This document shows, one piece after another, positions 63,654 through 64,000 of a stretch of DNA of 64,000 bases (position 1 is its first letter; each line of letters starts with the position of its first letter). The position numbers and the translations under genes were made by a program. Source of the stretch: a virus. Under the pieces are notes generated by a model that saw only the letters and a program-made list of their open reading frames with translations, was not told the DNA's origin and made no database searches. The stretch lies in the IMG/VR virus record IMGVR_UViG_3300020448_000003, positions 35,009 to 99,008 of that record. One strand, written 5' to 3'.

Positions 63654-63681
63654 AAAAAGGGTAGAGATTTTTTCTCTACCC
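63654..63681 (-). terminator. Intrinsic terminator
   Basis: GGGTAGAGA-5-TCTCTACCC plus T-tract. Confidence 0.75.
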
Positions 63682-63708
63682 AGATATTTAGATTGTTATA
63701 GTTTTCCT

Positions 63709-63999
63709 TTAGAAAACAAACTTAACTCCTGCTTTTGCAGACCAATCGATGTCATCTTCTGCTGTTACACCAGAGATTTCTCCGTAGAACTTATCATAAG
63801 AACCACCAAGGTATCCTATTAGTTCAACGTCACCGAAGTCATCAGTTGTTTCTGTGTGAGTCACTGTAGGACCACCAGATACATACCAACCAATACCGCT
63901 TGCTGTCTCTCCTTCGTATCCAACTACTGCTTCAAGAGCACCAGATGTATATGCACCGTCAGGATATGAACCACTTGCTTCTAAATTAACATATGGACC
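63709..63999 (-). CDS. Outer-membrane beta-barrel-like protein (3' part only)
   Basis: Read by hand: GPYVNLEASGSY..VVGYEG..WYVSGGP..FYGEISG..AKAGVKFVF*. Alternating amphipathic strands and C-terminal Phe. Confidence 0.65.
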   Translation of the reverse strand, partial: GPYVNLEASGSYPDGAYTSGALEAVVGYEGETASGIGWYVSGGPTVTHTETTDDFGDVELIGYLGGSYDKFYGEISGVTAEDDIDWSAKAGVKFVF

Positions 64000-64000
64000 T

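Overview
64 kb segment of a T4-like marine cyanomyovirus genome, probably infecting Prochlorococcus or Synechococcus. Almost all genes are on the minus strand. From left to right: (i) baseplate wedge genes (gp7 partial, gp6, gp25, PAAR spike) with a psbN auxiliary gene and a large virion protein. (ii) An NlpC/P60 gene, an AbrB-like gene, an HNH-like gene and gene-free DNA with divergent promoters, a possible replication origin. (iii) About 11 kb of tiny early genes in units, each headed by a repeated promoter cassette: a 24-bp palindrome TGTGACAC-N8-(G/C)TGTCACA placed at a fixed distance upstream of TATAAT. This block includes a PvuII-like nuclease, an SF2 helicase and an N4C/N6A DNA methyltransferase. 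(iv) An operon of a flavin-dependent tryptophan halogenase, heme oxygenase and six tandem 2OG-Fe(II) oxygenases, next to glycine-rich tail-fibre genes. (v) Structural and tail-hub genes (gp5, gp27-like, tape-measure-like, gp51, gp26, gp54-like, gp2, gp4, gp48, gp53) interleaved with two cpeT lyases and cp12. (vi) gp32, gp33, exonuclease, phoH, thyX, glutaredoxin and a partial outer-membrane protein gene. The best candidates for an undescribed system are the palindrome-promoter cassette array with its paralogous microproteins, the halogenase/oxygenase operon, and the dispersed PvuII-like nuclease/methyltransferase pair. All family calls come from motif recognition by eye; no searches were run.
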